The position numbers and the translations under genes are program-made. A DNA stretch of 26,486 nucleotides from Candidatus Rokuibacteriota bacterium (lineage in GTDB: Bacteria > Methylomirabilota > Methylomirabilia > Rokubacteriales > CSP1-6), in contig JACPCX010000095.1 in assembly GCA_016184305.1 (NCBI GenBank), forward strand, positions 1 to 26,486, given 5' to 3'. The notes under the pieces are model-generated. The model saw nothing but the letters and a program-made list of their open reading frames with translations, did no database searches and was not told the DNA's origin. This document shows, piece by piece, positions 25,270 to 26,486 of the stretch. Position 1 is the first letter of the stretch. Every line of letters starts with the position of its first letter.

Positions 25270-25429
25270 CCCCCCGGCCCATGGTGCAGAACTCGCGGTT
25301 GGCCCGCATGGCGGACAGGCTCGCCATGCGGTTGGAGAGATTGCCGATGTTCTCGGGCAGCGAGGCCAGATCCGGCACGGGGAAACGGCTGACGGGGGCG
25401 GGGTCGGGAGCAGGCGCGGGGGTCGACAC
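25270..25429 (-). pseudogene. Peroxidase-related (AhpD/CMD-like) enzyme with its core deleted
   Basis: GAGGAGG RBS plus GTG; N-terminal VSRFPVPDLASLPE joined to C-terminal LSNRMASLSAMRANREFCTMGR. Confidence 0.7.
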
Positions 25430-25698
25430 GGGAGCCCTCCTCGGCGGAGCGCTCGCAGCGTGGAGTCGATCTGCGCGGGAGTGAGGGTGGGCGCCCCGCC
25501 CTCGCGGGTCAGGCATCCCTTTGACGCGCTCCCTTCCGGCGTGGCAGGATCGGGTGCGGCGGAGGAAGAGCGATGTCCGCACCATCGCGGGGCACGACCG
25601 CGCCAGCCGCACGAAAGGAGGTCTCGTCTGTCGCCTGAACACGTCGCTGCGACGGGGTCCCGAGCGGTGTTTTCCATGTCGAACAGGAGGGCGCGGTG

Positions 25699-26486
25699 AT
25701 GAAATTCGGAATCTCCCCCTGCACCCAGAGTCCACCGGCCGGCGAGCACATGGACCGGCTCGTCGACCAGATCATCGAACAGGCGCAGCAGGCCGAGCGC
25801 TACGGCTTCGACTCCTTTCTCTTGACCGAGCACCACCAGCAGCCGGATGGCTACCTTCCCTCGCCCTTGACGATGGCTGCCGCGATCGCGGCCAAGACCA
25901 GCCGGATTAAGGTCGGCTCGTCGGTGCTGCTTCTTCCTCTCTATCACGCCGTCCGCGTCGCCGAGGACGCCGCCGTCGTCGACATCGTGTCCAAGGGCCG
26001 GCTGATCCTCGCCATGGGCGCCGGCTACGTCGGGGAGGACTACGCCGCCTTCGGCATTCCCAAGAGTCACCTGCCGACGCTGATGGAGGAGGGGGTCGAG
26101 ATCATCCAGCGGGCCTGGACCGAGGACAACTGGTCGTTCTACGGCCAGCGCTATCGCCTCCAGAACATGACGATCACGCCCAAGCCCGTCCAGAGGCCGC
26201 GCCCGCCGATCTGGCTCGGTGGCTGGACGACTGCGGGCATCAAGCGGGCCGCCCGGATGGGCGATTTCTGGTATTGCGACCTGATCAACCGCGTCCAGAC
26301 CCTCGCGGCCTGGGCGCAGGAGTACCACCGGGTCTGCCAGGCTCGGGGCAAGCCCGGGCACATCGCCGTGTTCCGCGACGGCTACTGCGCGCCGACGACC
26401 GCGCAGGCCGACGCCGAGTACGGCGGGCCGCTGATGGATTCCCACACGTTCTACCACCGAGTCGGCGGCTACAACCCCGCGGTCGA
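25699..26486 (+). CDS. LLM-class flavin-dependent oxidoreductase (runs off window end; absent from ORF track)
   Basis: AGGAGG RBS; MKFG...AERYGFDS..LTEHH...GYLPSP..AAAIAA.TSRI.VG..VLLLPLYH.VRVAED..D..S.GR, PKPVQ.P.PPIWLGG. Confidence 0.93.
   Translation, partial: MKFGISPCTQSPPAGEHMDRLVDQIIEQAQQAERYGFDSFLLTEHHQQPDGYLPSPLTMAAAIAAKTSRIKVGSSVLLLPLYHAVRVAEDAAVVDIVSKGRLILAMGAGYVGEDYAAFGIPKSHLPTLMEEGVEIIQRAWTEDNWSFYGQRYRLQNMTITPKPVQRPRPPIWLGGWTTAGIKRAARMGDFWYCDLINRVQTLAAWAQEYHRVCQARGKPGHIAVFRDGYCAPTTAQADAEYGGPLMDSHTFYHRVGGYNPAV

Noticed and set aside
1..26486. CRISPR array, tRNA/rRNA, integron attC array, reverse transcriptase-based system
   Set aside because: No regularly spaced repeats, RNA gene signatures, integrase, cas or RT motifs were seen; the repeats found are duplications or MITE-like.

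Overview
High-GC (~70%) bacterial window; gene content and repeats resemble Candidatus Rokubacteria/Methylomirabilota (inference only). Apparently intact genes: a fused indolepyruvate:ferredoxin oxidoreductase-family enzyme, an acyl-CoA dehydrogenase, an SxxC thioredoxin-fold protein, a HAD hydrolase, an LLM oxidoreductase (a second runs off the right edge), two divergent Uma2 nucleases, a hicBA pair and an XRE antitoxin. The centre (8525-16954, minus strand) is a tightly coupled metal-handling operon: CopD-cytochrome c-redoxin fusion, CusF-like protein, small membrane peptide, MsrQ-like/Rieske fusion, PAP2 phosphatase, ZnuA/C/B-type ABC transporter, DUF192 and a CDF exporter. It starts from a 30-bp near-perfect palindrome holding TATAAT on both strands, each 8 nt from a divergent ATG. 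Two CTAG-bounded MITE-like elements sit on TAG stop codons and share a covarying hairpin. Many genes are 'telescoped' by internal deletions (cydA, SDR-livHMGF-crotonase, cyclase, peroxidase-related enzyme, trpB2, nitrilase, znuC, an ABC operon). Some look like real decay; others may be local assembly errors. All family calls are from motif recognition by eye, with no database search.
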